Shown: in pieces, positions 50,970 to 61,397 of the stretch
Numbering within the stretch: position 1 is the stretch's first letter
How the letters are laid out: each line of letters starts with the position of its first letter
Assembly: GCA_046346765.1 (NCBI GenBank)
Contig: JAXMHN010000006.1
Span: 88,799-152,798 of the forward strand
DNA from: Verrucomicrobiota bacterium
GTDB lineage: Bacteria > Verrucomicrobiota > Verrucomicrobiia > Limisphaerales > SIBE01
Reading direction: 5' to 3'
DNA: 64,000 nucleotides
The notes under the pieces: generated by a model
Database searches by the model: none
What the model saw: the letters and a program-made list of their open reading frames with translations, nothing else
Told to the model about the DNA's origin: nothing
Position numbers and translations under genes: made by a program

Positions 50970-53516
50970 ATGCCAACTCGCAGTCCGACCTTATTAATCC
51001 AAAGCCTATTGGCCGCAGCGGCCCTGTCTTGGGCCGCCCATGTCTCAGCCGCAACAGGGCTGGTCGATTTCGCCTTCGACGAGGGAAGTGGCACGAAAGT
51101 GACCGACAGTATCAATAGCCTGGTGGGGGTGCCGGGCAATCCAGCTAATCCGCCTACTTTTGTGACCGATGCACCGTCCGGCCGCGCCGGCGATACGGCC
51201 ATTCACTTCGAAACTGGGCAGTATCTCACCGTCGAGGATCCTGACACACGCATTCGCTTCGACACCAACAATCCTTCCTTCACCTTGCAGGCCTGGGTGA
51301 AGTTTGAGGGCAATCCTGCAGGACGAATGGTGTTCTTTTACAGCGGCGGACCAGGTGGAGCGGTTTCCTTCTCCGTCAATACAGATCGGACCGTGTTCGT
51401 GACGACGCTCGCGATTGCGGATGTGTCGTCCGGCGCGGCTATTCCAGATGACGGCAAGTGGCATCACATCGCGGTCGTGCATGAAAACGGCAAGGAACTG
51501 CGGTTCTATGTCGATGGCGTGCTGGGAGACACCAAAGAGTATACCAGCGGCCTGTTCTTTAACCGCACCCAGAAGCTCTTCAGTATCGGCGCGGAATGGA
51601 ATGGCGCGCTGCAATTCACCGGCTCGGTGGATCGTTTGAAGATCACCAGCGGGATCCTCGCGCCTGAGCAGCTCGATTTCAATGCCGCTCCCGCAGTGGG
51701 GTTGGCTGATTTCGAGTTCGACGAGGGCAGCGGCACCAAGACGACCGACAGCATTAACAGCCTCGTGGGCGTCCCGGGAAGTGCGGCTAATCCTCCCACG
51801 TTCATTACTGATACTCCGTCGGCCGCCACCGGCGATACCGCCGTCCAATTTGAGACCGGTCAATACTTCACGGTGGAAGATCCCGACACCCGGATCAAAT
51901 TCGATACGAACAATCCTTCCTTCACCTTGCAGGCCTGGGTGAAGTTTGATGGCAATCCTGCCGGTCGAATGGTCTTCTTTTACAGTGGCGGGCCGGGCGG
52001 AGCGGTGTCGTTTTCGGTCAATACAGATCGAACCGTGTTTGTGACCACGTTGGCGATCGCGGATGTGTCCTCCGCCGCAGCCATACCAGACGATGGCAAG
52101 TGGCATCACATCGCGGTCGTGCATGAAAATGGCAAGGAACTGAGGTTCTATGTCGACGGGACGTTGGGGGACACCAAGGAATATACCAGCGGCGTCTTCT
52201 TCAACCGCACGCAGAAGCTATTCAGTATTGGGGCCGAGTGGAATGGGGCGCTGCAGTATACCGGCGCGGTTGATCGGTTGAAGATCTCGAGCGGCGTATT
52301 GACGCCGGATCAACTCGATTATCGGAACGTGCCGCCGGCCGGTTCGGCCGCGTTGACAATTGGCCGGGCGAGCGTTTCGCCGTTCGGATTTAGCATGGGA
52401 GTGACGGGGGTAGGTGGGAGCATCGCTGATACCAACACGATCGCGCTGACGTTCAACGGAGCCTCCGTGACGCCAACCTCGGTGACCAAGAGCGGCGTCA
52501 ACACCGTCATTAAGTATGATGTCCCCAATCCCCCGTTGCCTTCCGGTTCGACCAACACAGCCAGCTTGACCATCAAAGACAACAAGGGCGTCGCTTACTC
52601 CAGCACGGCCTCCTTCGTGGTCGCGACCTATGGCACTCTGCCTGCCGGGATTGCCTTGCCGGCCAGCGCGGTGGACAAAACCAAGAAGGGTTTCAAGATC
52701 AAAACTTACCAGATCGATGTGGGCGACCAGAGCGGCACGATTGCCTATAACGAGGACCTCCTCGCGGGCAAACTGGGCGACAATATCGCCAACCTCGTCG
52801 ACCTGACCGGCGTCGATACAAACGGTTTCTTCACCTGGCCAGGGGTGATCAACCTGGATACCGACACCTTGGGCCAGAATGGCTTCTTCAACGATCCCGA
52901 TTACACAGCCAGTCTCTTCCCGGGCATTCCCGGGAACACGGGCTCGCAAGAGAACTTTGCCGAAGAGATTGTCGCTGCCCTCGAATTCGCTACGCCCGGC
53001 ATGTACACGATGGTGGTGAATACCGATTGGACTGGATTCCCGAACGAAAGCGACGGTTTCCAGGTTCGGAGCGGCGCCGATCCTCGCAGTCCGACGGGCA
53101 ATGTCGTCCTCGGCTATTTTGACGCCCTCGCTCCGGCAGGCCCAGCCCGGGGCATCGCCAATTCCCCCTTCCTGGTTTACGTGCCCAAAGCAGGCATTTA
53201 CCCGTTCCGGCTGCTCTACTGGCAGACCACCGGCACGGCCAACCTGGAGTGGTTTACGGTCGACGCCGACGGGGTCCGGGCCTTGATCAATGATCCCGTC
53301 GCGCCCAAAGCTATTCCAGCGTATTACCAGTGGACGGCATCGCCACCGGCTCCCGCTCTCAGCCTGACGCGGACTGCAGCTGGGTTCACCCTCACCTTTG
53401 AGGGATCGTTGGAAGCGGCGGATGCCATCACCGGACCCTGGTCCAATCTGGCCGGGACAAGTCCCTTGACGGTCACGGCTTCCGGGCCGATGAAATTCTA
53501 TCGCGCGAAGCGGTAG
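50970..53516 (+). CDS. secreted protein with two tandem LamG/concanavalin-A-like lectin domains and C-terminal ...FYR module
   Basis: Start at ATG 50970 (MPTRSPTLLIQSLLAAAALSWAAHVSA signal). Two copies of about 214 aa carry LamG-like motifs (FTLQAWVKF, DGKWHHIAVVHENGKELRFYVDG, DRLKI). The protein ends ...GPMKFYRAKR. Confidence 0.8.
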   Translation: MPTRSPTLLIQSLLAAAALSWAAHVSAATGLVDFAFDEGSGTKVTDSINSLVGVPGNPANPPTFVTDAPSGRAGDTAIHFETGQYLTVEDPDTRIRFDTNNPSFTLQAWVKFEGNPAGRMVFFYSGGPGGAVSFSVNTDRTVFVTTLAIADVSSGAAIPDDGKWHHIAVVHENGKELRFYVDGVLGDTKEYTSGLFFNRTQKLFSIGAEWNGALQFTGSVDRLKITSGILAPEQLDFNAAPAVGLADFEFDEGSGTKTTDSINSLVGVPGSAANPPTFITDTPSAATGDTAVQFETGQYFTVEDPDTRIKFDTNNPSFTLQAWVKFDGNPAGRMVFFYSGGPGGAVSFSVNTDRTVFVTTLAIADVSSAAAIPDDGKWHHIAVVHENGKELRFYVDGTLGDTKEYTSGVFFNRTQKLFSIGAEWNGALQYTGAVDRLKISSGVLTPDQLDYRNVPPAGSAALTIGRASVSPFGFSMGVTGVGGSIADTNTIALTFNGASVTPTSVTKSGVNTVIKYDVPNPPLPSGSTNTASLTIKDNKGVAYSSTASFVVATYGTLPAGIALPASAVDKTKKGFKIKTYQIDVGDQSGTIAYNEDLLAGKLGDNIANLVDLTGVDTNGFFTWPGVINLDTDTLGQNGFFNDPDYTASLFPGIPGNTGSQENFAEEIVAALEFATPGMYTMVVNTDWTGFPNESDGFQVRSGADPRSPTGNVVLGYFDALAPAGPARGIANSPFLVYVPKAGIYPFRLLYWQTTGTANLEWFTVDADGVRALINDPVAPKAIPAYYQWTASPPAPALSLTRTAAGFTLTFEGSLEAADAITGPWSNLAGTSPLTVTASGPMKFYRAKR
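51057..52340 (+). repeat. intragenic tandem duplication, 2 x 642 bp (LamG module)
   Basis: Copy 1 is 51057-51698 and copy 2 is 51699-52340. By eye they are about 90% identical in protein and about 80% in DNA. Perfect blocks include AACAATCCTTCCTTCACCTTGCAGGCCTGGGTGAAGTTTGA and GGCAAGTGGCATCACATCGCGGTCGTGCATGAAAA. Confidence 0.9.
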
Positions 53517-53531
53517 TTGAGAATTAGCGCA

Positions 53532-53562
53532 GTGGGACGCGCCCGTTGGGGGTGCGTCCCAC
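53532..53562. terminator. terminator-like hairpin between the convergent LamG and GH127 genes
   Basis: Perfect 9-bp stem GTGGGACGC/GCGTCCCAC with a 13-nt loop. There is no U-run. Confidence 0.4.
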
Positions 53563-53670
53563 CTTGTGAAACTGACTTTGGAGGCAGGGTCGAGGGACCG
53601 GGTAGTCGGACGGTTGGTCCGTTACACGGTTCCGGCGGAACCTCTTCTTCTTGGTTGAACGCTCCCCTTA

Positions 53671-55575
53671 TTATGGCAGCACTCGGTAGAGAGCGCTTTG
53701 CCACCAGACATCGTTCGTTTTCAATCCGGCCTGCTCGATCCAGACTTCCTGGGTGCTTTTGCCGCGATTGGCCAGCGCATAAAAGGGGACGGCTTGCAGC
53801 TCCTCGCCCTTGGTGTTGGCCATTCGAAGAAGGGTGACACCGCCCAGCAGATCCGCCTGATAGGACGTTTGGAAGGCCGCGTCGGCCGGCAAAACGACGG
53901 CACGATCGCGATTATCTATACCCTCGAAGGCATAGACCAGGGGTCCCCTCTGCAAGGCGACTTTGCCGCGGTTGCCAGAGATGTTGGGATGCGCCACCCG
54001 TCGTTGAACTTCCAGCTTGAAGTCGACGTCCAGGCAATCGCCGGTGCGCCATTCGCGATCGAAAACCCAATAGCCGGCATCGTCCGGGCGCGCCTGGAAT
54101 GGCGCGCCATTTAGCTGCCAAGCCGCGCCCTCACACCAGTCTGGTTTGCGGACATGCAACGCGAACCGCACAGGATTCGTCGTCTGGGCACGGAATTGGA
54201 CCCGGCCGTTCCAAGGCAGGCTGGATTCGATGGCCCAAGCAACGTCGCCGGCCGGGAACGGCACCCGGGCGGTGCCTCCGACGAAAAGATTCACATAGAA
54301 GTCCCGTGGGGACCACGCGTAGGCGTACTGACCCACCTGCAGGAGCGTTCGAGAGAGGTTGGGGGGACAGCAGACCCAGCAATTGTCGCGCAAATGGTCG
54401 CAATCCGAGAGTGGATTGCAGTAGTAGCTGTGGGTGCCGTCCAGAGAGATGCCGTGCAGGACCGCATTATATAGCACTCGTTCGAGCACGTCAGCCGCTT
54501 CGGCGCGCCGCTCCAATCGGAACATGCGTTGCGCGAAGTTCGCCAGCCCACAGGCCGCACAGGATTCGTAGTAGCCGTCGTTGGGAAGTTCATAGTCTTC
54601 GCCAAAGGCTTCATGTTCCTTGCGCGGGCCGACGCCGCCGGTGATCGTCATGCGGCGCAAGGTGGTGCTGTCCCAAAAACGATTCGCGGCTAGGCGATAG
54701 TCCGGTTCAGCCGTTTCCAGGGCGAGATCCGCGACGCCCGTGGCGAAGAAAACCGCCCGGACGGCATGTCCATCCAGCGTGCGTTGGGCCCGGAACGGAA
54801 CGGCGTCCTGGAAGTAAGCCCGAGGGGTTTCGCTGAACGGCCTCACTTTGCCTCGACCACGCCATTCGACGAAGGCGCGCGACAGATCCAGGTATCGGGT
54901 GTCGCCGGTGGCTCGGTAGAGAGCTGCCAGGGCCATTTCCAATTCGGCGTGGCCGCAGAAACCCGGTTGGCCATTGGGACCGAGAAAATGCCGCCAGGCT
55001 TGGTCGGCCGCGCGGCGGGCGATGTCAAGAAAGCTGCGTTCGCCGGTGGCGGCGTGGTGAGCGAGCGCAGCTTCGATCATGTGACCGAGGACATAGCCGT
55101 CGTGGGAACCGTCGAGGAAGGCAGGATCCCAAGGCTCCTTCCTGCTATTGGTTACATAGGCATGGAGATAGCCATCGGGTTGCTGCGCTCCCGCCAGCAG
55201 CGCGATGACGCCCTCGACGCGCTTTTTCAGTTCGTCGTCGGGAAACTGGGCCAGCGAGTAAGCTGCGGTTTCCAGGAACTTGTAAAGATTGGCTTCACCC
55301 CAGGTGCCATTCAATTCACCTTCGATGGGCTCGCCGCCAGCTTTCCGTAAGGCACGCAGCTCGCTCGCGAGATATTGCCATGACCACGGAATAGTCCGAG
55401 TTCGGTAGATTTCGAGCTTAGGTGACCAAAATGGATCGTGGACTTGAATATGACGGAGGGGCAATTCCTGCAGGTGGTTCGTGACTCCTGCCAGTCCGAC
55501 TGGCCCGGGCGGGGTCAGGAGGGCGCAAGCGATGAACCAGCGTTTCAAGGATGATTGAGGGCTCATAGGCAGCAA
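53671..55575 (-). CDS. glycoside hydrolase family 127 (DUF1680, beta-L-arabinofuranosidase-like)
   Basis: GHAVRAVFFATG and YYESCAACGLANFAQRMF (E-x-C-A nucleophile context) are present. The length and (alpha/alpha)6-type N-terminal half are as in HypBA1-like enzymes. Confidence 0.85.
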   Translation of the reverse strand: MLPMSPQSSLKRWFIACALLTPPGPVGLAGVTNHLQELPLRHIQVHDPFWSPKLEIYRTRTIPWSWQYLASELRALRKAGGEPIEGELNGTWGEANLYKFLETAAYSLAQFPDDELKKRVEGVIALLAGAQQPDGYLHAYVTNSRKEPWDPAFLDGSHDGYVLGHMIEAALAHHAATGERSFLDIARRAADQAWRHFLGPNGQPGFCGHAELEMALAALYRATGDTRYLDLSRAFVEWRGRGKVRPFSETPRAYFQDAVPFRAQRTLDGHAVRAVFFATGVADLALETAEPDYRLAANRFWDSTTLRRMTITGGVGPRKEHEAFGEDYELPNDGYYESCAACGLANFAQRMFRLERRAEAADVLERVLYNAVLHGISLDGTHSYYCNPLSDCDHLRDNCWVCCPPNLSRTLLQVGQYAYAWSPRDFYVNLFVGGTARVPFPAGDVAWAIESSLPWNGRVQFRAQTTNPVRFALHVRKPDWCEGAAWQLNGAPFQARPDDAGYWVFDREWRTGDCLDVDFKLEVQRRVAHPNISGNRGKVALQRGPLVYAFEGIDNRDRAVVLPADAAFQTSYQADLLGGVTLLRMANTKGEELQAVPFYALANRGKSTQEVWIEQAGLKTNDVWWQSALYRVLP

Positions 55576-55599
55576 TGATCTCGACGTGCCACTGGGAAG

Positions 55600-57183
55600 T
55601 TACGGTCGCGATTCGTGGGGCATCAAGGTAAGCAGCACGACAGACGGTCCGGTCATTTCGGGCAAGCGAAGGCGCCCATCCGGCGGAAGCATTTCGTGGC
55701 GGACCAGGTCAAAGTCGCAGTGTTCGTCGACCATATGCCACGCGCAGGCCGTCGCTCCCTTCCAGGGCAAGCCAGCGATGACGAGTTCGGTCAGCGGCCC
55801 AGGCGCCTCGAACTGACTGAGAAGAACTCCAGCTCGATTTTGATCCTGATTGAGGCCGGCGCATACCGCGGTTTGGCCGGAGCGGCAGAGAGGCGTGATC
55901 ACTCGGTTGGGCGTATTCAGCAGTCCCCGGAATGCGCGGAAGGCTTGATATGTTTTCCGAGGCACTCCGTTTCGGCTGAACATGCCGAAAGCTTGCACCT
56001 CAGCGGTATAGAAATTAGCCATGTCGAGGGGCGCATCCTGGAGAGCGAGCAAGGCCCAAGCGGCGAACGCGGCGGCTTTGGCGCCGCCCATTTCTGTCTC
56101 CCATCGTTCTCTCTCCTGGCCCTGGCCGGCCGGGGTGATCGGATGCCAATCCTCCTTAGGCAGGTAGTTCCATTCGTTCAGATGGCTCTCCGTGGCGGCG
56201 AAACCGTACGCATCCAGCAATTGGCGGAGGGCCTTGGCGCGTCGGCCGAGTTCAGCAGGATCCTTGGTGTAACGATGCCAGGAAAAGAAATCGAGCGGGA
56301 GTCGGCGATCACGGCAACGACTTAGAAAAGCCAGGAGAAACGCCCCAGGCTTGAGCTGTTCGCCGGACAGCTCTCCGGTGTAGCCGAAGGAGGGACCGCC
56401 CACTTTCAAGTCCGGCCAGCGCGCCTTGATTGCTTTGGCGGTGACTTCATAGAGCTGAAGGAATTGTTCGTCGGTGCCCGTCCACATGGCCGGCTGATTC
56501 TCGGGTTCGTTCCAGATTTCCCAATAGCGAATGTTGTGATGGAAACCGCTGGCCCATCCTTCGTTGTAGTGCCGGATGATGGCGCAACAGATCTCGGCCC
56601 ACTTGATGGGGTCTGAGGGCGGGTGCACCCGGTATTTACGAGGCGTATGCTCAATACTTTCCCCGAGCCGATAGAGAATAGGAGAGCCTGCCTTTACGAT
56701 GGCGGCGATGTAATCATCGGTCGCCTCGAACTGGTAATTGGCCGCGTCCGTCGGATCATTGCGAAAGTCACGAAAGATTGTGCTGATGTCGACCGCGTCA
56801 TAGTTCAACCAGACCACGTCATGCAGGCGGGTCAAGGGCAGTCGAAGTTCCTGATGATAACGGGATAGATCAACCATCCCCCGATAGCAGAGCGGTCCAA
56901 GATTCACTCCATGCAAGGCGCGAATAAGACCATTGGGGCGGGCGAAATCCACCCCCAAACTGGCGCGCGTCGCAGCGTCGGGGAGTGGTCGCGAGGCGCC
57001 CTTCCCGCGCGCTTCGACGACGGCCCGAGCAGTCGCATCCGCCTGTCCAACTGCCTCCGAAGGGAAAAAGGTGCTCGGAGCTAAGGTGAGGGCGGCAGTT
57101 GAAATCAGCCTGCTCACCATCAAGAGCGCGATGTTTCGCGTCGAAGTAGGATTCATTGCATTGTTGCCGAGTGCCGCATCCAT
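55600..57183 (-). CDS. clan GH-A glycoside hydrolase (GH39-like)
   Basis: IRYWEIWNEPEN (acid/base NEP motif) within a TIM-barrel-sized domain, and a signal-like N-terminus. The start may be the internal M (MNPTSTRNIALLMV). Confidence 0.6.
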   Translation of the reverse strand: MDAALGNNAMNPTSTRNIALLMVSRLISTAALTLAPSTFFPSEAVGQADATARAVVEARGKGASRPLPDAATRASLGVDFARPNGLIRALHGVNLGPLCYRGMVDLSRYHQELRLPLTRLHDVVWLNYDAVDISTIFRDFRNDPTDAANYQFEATDDYIAAIVKAGSPILYRLGESIEHTPRKYRVHPPSDPIKWAEICCAIIRHYNEGWASGFHHNIRYWEIWNEPENQPAMWTGTDEQFLQLYEVTAKAIKARWPDLKVGGPSFGYTGELSGEQLKPGAFLLAFLSRCRDRRLPLDFFSWHRYTKDPAELGRRAKALRQLLDAYGFAATESHLNEWNYLPKEDWHPITPAGQGQERERWETEMGGAKAAAFAAWALLALQDAPLDMANFYTAEVQAFGMFSRNGVPRKTYQAFRAFRGLLNTPNRVITPLCRSGQTAVCAGLNQDQNRAGVLLSQFEAPGPLTELVIAGLPWKGATACAWHMVDEHCDFDLVRHEMLPPDGRLRLPEMTGPSVVLLTLMPHESRP

Positions 57184-57237
57184 CGGTGCGTTCTGGCGAA
57201 AAGAGCCACCTTGGGCCAGATGAGTCAGGCCAGGTGA

Positions 57238-58538
57238 CTATGGGACCTTGGCCAAGTCGACGAAGACAACGCTGGAAGGATTGCCGATAGGAGTGTACCG
57301 GCCCGTAAAGGCCAAGCGGCCATTCGCCTTGTCGACGCGGAAACCCGCGATGTTATCCGCTCGCTGGTTGCATACGTAGAGAAACTGACCCGACGGGTCG
57401 AACGCGAAGCTGCGGGGATAATTGCCGCGAGTCCATTCTTCGGCGGCAAAGGCAAGTTCGCCGCGCTCATCGATCGAGAAGATGCTGATGCTGTCATGCA
57501 ATCGATTGCCGGCATAGACGAACCGGCCGTCACTCGAGACCAGAATCTCTGAGCAGAAGTTGCTACCGGCAAAACCCGGCGGCAGACTGGAAATGGTTTG
57601 GCGCGATTGGAGTTGGCCGTGAATGTGGTCGTAATCGAACAAGACGATATTAGAACCTTCCTCCTGGAGGGAGTAGAGCCATCGTCCATTGGGATGGAAG
57701 GCGAAATGCCGCGGGCCATCGCCTGCGGGGAGTGAAACGGACGGCGGCTCATTTGGAGTCAGGGCGCCGGAAAGCTGGTCGAAGTTCCAGATGAAGATAC
57801 GGTCGAGTCCCAGGTCAACATGCAGGACGAAACGCCCGGCTGGGTCTGCCTGGATCATGTGCGCGTGGGTCCGATCGTGGCCACTGAAGGCAAAGCTGCC
57901 GGGCGGAGCGTTGGCCGCTTTTCGTGGACCGATCGTGCCACTGTCCAGTTTGACGTCTGGCTGGTGCCCCAAGCTGCCCGTCTTCCAAAATGGGTAGAAC
58001 GGCGACCGAGCCGCCAGTAGTTTGCCACCAGAAGAAATCGGCCAGACGGATGAATGCTCACATAGGTGGGACCCGCCCCGCCCGACCGGACGGTGTTCAA
58101 CCGCGTCAGTTGCCCGCTTTTCCGCTGGATGGCATAGGCGCTGACTGAGCCTTCTTTTCCTCCACCGACTCGATCGGTCTCGTTGGCCGAGTAGAGGTGG
58201 GTGGCAGCGGCGTTTGAAACGAGACAGCTTGGACTGGTGCCTGCTTCGAAAACCGACGTATGGGTCAGGGCGCCCGTGGCCCGGTCGACCTCGAAGAGGT
58301 GGATGCCCCGACCATTGCCCGGCGGCAAATCCACCTGGGTGGGCAGGACATCGTGCAGCGGCGAACTGAAAGTCCCGACATAGGCAATCAGCGGCGGCGC
58401 ACCCAATGCTGATGGCGCCGCACGGGATCGGAGCAACAGCGGGGCAGTGCCCGCGAGCCAAACTGCAGACCGGAGAAAACGGCGGCGTGTGATAGCTGAA
58501 GACATGGCAAGGTGAGACGAACGCATAGCTAATCTCAT
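57238..58538 (-). pseudogene. Tat-signal lactonase, 7-bladed beta-propeller family (6-phosphogluconolactonase/3-carboxymuconate cyclase-like), two frame changes at 58012-58022 and 57973-57982
   Basis: N-terminal ORF 57855..58538 (TRRRFLRSAVW; LYSANE; SIHPSGRFLLVANY), then a third frame (GGSVAVLPILEDG), then ORF 57238..58461 (SLGHQPDV...HPNGRWLYSLQEEGSNIVLFDYD...DGRFVYAGNR). Confidence 0.75.
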
Positions 58539-61168
58539 TTTGGTGGCGCTACGGAGGTGTCGGTTTCGCGCCAGGCAAAGTCTCCCGATCCGACTTGCCA
58601 GTCCTGGCCGAAGAAGCCGGCGGCGCGGAGTCCATGGCTGCCTTCGGTGGGCAATTCGGCGCCGACAACCAAACAGTCGGGAAAGCCCGCCCCGGACACG
58701 AAGTAAGGCATGCGATCCGCGACACGCATGCCTGGCAGGCCGGAGGCAGCCACCACGCCGACCAGCGTAGCGGCGTCACGCGGATTTGGCTGCAAAAACA
58801 AACAAGCGACGTCGTCTCCGCGCCAGGTGTGCTCGCCCAATCGAACGCTTCCACGGCGCACCTGGACGGGGCTATTGGCCAACAGGGGTTCCCAAGCGGC
58901 GTTGCAGTCGGCATGCCCATACAGGACCAAGTTGCGCGAAGCCGTGGGGCTCTGCCGTCGCCCGAACGGTTTTTCGAAGTGTCGCACCACGTCCACATCC
59001 GCGATCAATTCGATGGAGGCGTTGCCTCGGTAATAGAACGTCTCGGCATCGTAGCGAGCCTTGGCCAACGACCAGGCGTTCTCTTCGGCTGAGCCTTGGG
59101 TGGCATAGACCAGCGCCATGTGCCGGCGGAATGCTTCGCGAAACGGACCGGACCTGTCGGCGCTCTTGTGATCAGGCGACGGAGGATGGCTCACCTGCCA
59201 TCTCTCTCCCGTCCGAAGAAGATACAGTGCCTGGTCGAGACTAGCCGCGGCCCGACCAGCGGCGGGAGGCAGTTGGCGAATGCCCTCCACCTTTTGTCCG
59301 TCCAGTTCCACCAGCAGATCACCCGCGCCCATCGGTGGCAGATCCAGCCGAAGAACGGCGACATTTGTGGTTGTGCCAAAAACCCTCCTCTTGACCGGAT
59401 CGCGCTGCAGATCGACCGCGCTCAGTTCCAGCGACCGTTGCTGGGCGATGATCGTGGCCCAGTGCGCCCGTGCGGACACCGCTGGGTTGACGGTCGCGAA
59501 TCGAATGCGGCGAACCTCCGCGGGTTTTGGGATGCGATGGTGGCTGAAGAAGTCAAAAAGCGGAGCCCAATCGACGCAATCGGCTCCCGGTTCATCGGAA
59601 GCGTCCCACCAGTGACCAGCGCCAGGCTGTTCGTGAAAATCGAGATCGCGATGGAAAGCTCCCAGAACCCGACGCATCTCACGCGCCTGTCCCACCGGGA
59701 CGTTGTCATCAGCATCCCCGTGCAGGACATAGATGCCTTCTTGCAGGTAATTGGTGACCATGAGCAGCGTATCGCTCGACGCGGCGGCCCGGGCCAACAT
59801 CTTTTGCATTTCGTTGGTCGCCGGCGGCCGGTTCGGACTTGCATAGGAGGTAAAACTGATCCAGCCAGCACTTGGACCGACAGCCGCAAATTGGTCGGGA
59901 AATAGCGCGCCGAGTTGCCAGGTGCCGTGGCCACCCATCGAATGGCCGGTTAGATAGATACGCTGTGGATCCGGGTTATATCTGGCCTTGGCCACGTTGA
60001 GGACTTCCAGCGCGTCCCAGCGTCCCCATTCTTCCCAATCGAAGCCATAAGGGCGTCGATTGGTTGGACAAACGATCGGTCCGGAGCTCTTTGGCGAATA
60101 AGCGTCGGCCTGGCCTCGAGCCTCTACCCCAGCGCCATGAAGCGAGAAAAACAAGGCCGGCCGGGCTCCGGCGGCCAGGGAGCCGGAAGCCGGATTGACC
60201 GCGTAATACTGCACGCTGTCGTCGACTTCGCTTCGGAACGTCCGCTGGCACGTCTGCTCGGGACGGCGAACTCGCAGCTCAATCTGACCGCGGGTTGGTG
60301 TGCGATCGACACCTGACAATGGGACGGCCTCCAAGATAACGGAGTAGCTATTCGTCGGCATCTTGCGGGGTGGACGTAACAAGAAAGGCGCTTTGAAAAT
60401 ACCCAAAGGGGGAATGGAGACCACTTGAGGTTCGCTGCCGCGCTCAACCGCTCGGAGCGAAGCACGCATCGCATTGGTGGTCGCGTTCAGCAATACCGTC
60501 GCGCCCCAGAGCGGCTCTCTTTCACCCTGAATAAGATCAGGCAGCGTGCTGTCCGCGGTGTGAATGCTCAATGGACCAGTTGCCGGCATCAACTTGACGC
60601 GCAGGTCTCCTCGCCCTGAATGAAATAAAAAATGGTTCGTTCCGGCTTGCAGAAAGACGGGAATGCGCAAGTAACCGAGTCCGTAGTTGTCGCCACCGCG
60701 GATCTCCCCGTTCACGTAGACGCAGCTGTGGCCAGACGCCTGGAGCAGCATCACCTGCGCACGGTCGCTGCGGACGGGCCAATAGACATATCCCCCTCGA
60801 GCCAGGGAACCCTGAAGCACGCCTGGCTCTGCGCTGGTGGCCGTTTCCCAGCGTTGCTCGCCGGTGGCGCCCGTTGCTCCGGTCTGCGCCGAAGCCGGTG
60901 GCTGCCAGGTTCCCTTGACGATTTGAGCTTCGACCGAATCCTGGTGGATAACGGAACGGCCGGAACGCGCTACGGAACGAATCACGAACACCTCTTTCAA
61001 GGGGATTTCGGAAGAATCAACCGGCTGCTCCGCAGCGAAGCCACGCCATATTAGAAGCCCTTGTCCCAAGGCGACAAGGATAGGAAAAGATCGCCGATGC
61101 ACGGCGGCACAGTGTCGCAGGGTGCTCCAGGGCGTCAATCGCGGATTCATGGCCAGCTGGAGGGCCAA
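58535..61168 (-). CDS. large secreted protein with central alpha/beta-hydrolase (S9/esterase-like) domain
   Basis: Nucleophile elbow RIYLTGHSMGGHGTWQLGALFPDQF, with a downstream YVLHGDADDNVPV. The N-terminal (about 330 aa) and C-terminal (about 350 aa) regions are unassigned. The stop overlaps the lactonase ATG (ATGA). Confidence 0.7.
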   Translation of the reverse strand: MALQLAMNPRLTPWSTLRHCAAVHRRSFPILVALGQGLLIWRGFAAEQPVDSSEIPLKEVFVIRSVARSGRSVIHQDSVEAQIVKGTWQPPASAQTGATGATGEQRWETATSAEPGVLQGSLARGGYVYWPVRSDRAQVMLLQASGHSCVYVNGEIRGGDNYGLGYLRIPVFLQAGTNHFLFHSGRGDLRVKLMPATGPLSIHTADSTLPDLIQGEREPLWGATVLLNATTNAMRASLRAVERGSEPQVVSIPPLGIFKAPFLLRPPRKMPTNSYSVILEAVPLSGVDRTPTRGQIELRVRRPEQTCQRTFRSEVDDSVQYYAVNPASGSLAAGARPALFFSLHGAGVEARGQADAYSPKSSGPIVCPTNRRPYGFDWEEWGRWDALEVLNVAKARYNPDPQRIYLTGHSMGGHGTWQLGALFPDQFAAVGPSAGWISFTSYASPNRPPATNEMQKMLARAAASSDTLLMVTNYLQEGIYVLHGDADDNVPVGQAREMRRVLGAFHRDLDFHEQPGAGHWWDASDEPGADCVDWAPLFDFFSHHRIPKPAEVRRIRFATVNPAVSARAHWATIIAQQRSLELSAVDLQRDPVKRRVFGTTTNVAVLRLDLPPMGAGDLLVELDGQKVEGIRQLPPAAGRAAASLDQALYLLRTGERWQVSHPPSPDHKSADRSGPFREAFRRHMALVYATQGSAEENAWSLAKARYDAETFYYRGNASIELIADVDVVRHFEKPFGRRQSPTASRNLVLYGHADCNAAWEPLLANSPVQVRRGSVRLGEHTWRGDDVACLFLQPNPRDAATLVGVVAASGLPGMRVADRMPYFVSGAGFPDCLVVGAELPTEGSHGLRAAGFFGQDWQVGSGDFAWRETDTSVAPPK

Positions 61169-61397
61169 GCGCAGAAACGCTGGAAGCGAGGAAGCACAGG
61201 GACGAGCGGGGGAGAAGCCCAGAACGCGAAGTAAGGCGCGTGGTTCTCTTTGTCGTTGAGCCAGTTAAAAACCACAAAGTGCCTGGGTAAGCACGGCCGT
61301 GCTGAGGACGAAATTCGCAAGGTTGACGTCGCTAGATCGGCGGGCAACGTCTCTTGTGCGCCGCTTTAGTTCGTGCTGAGTCGATCAGTCCATCCGG

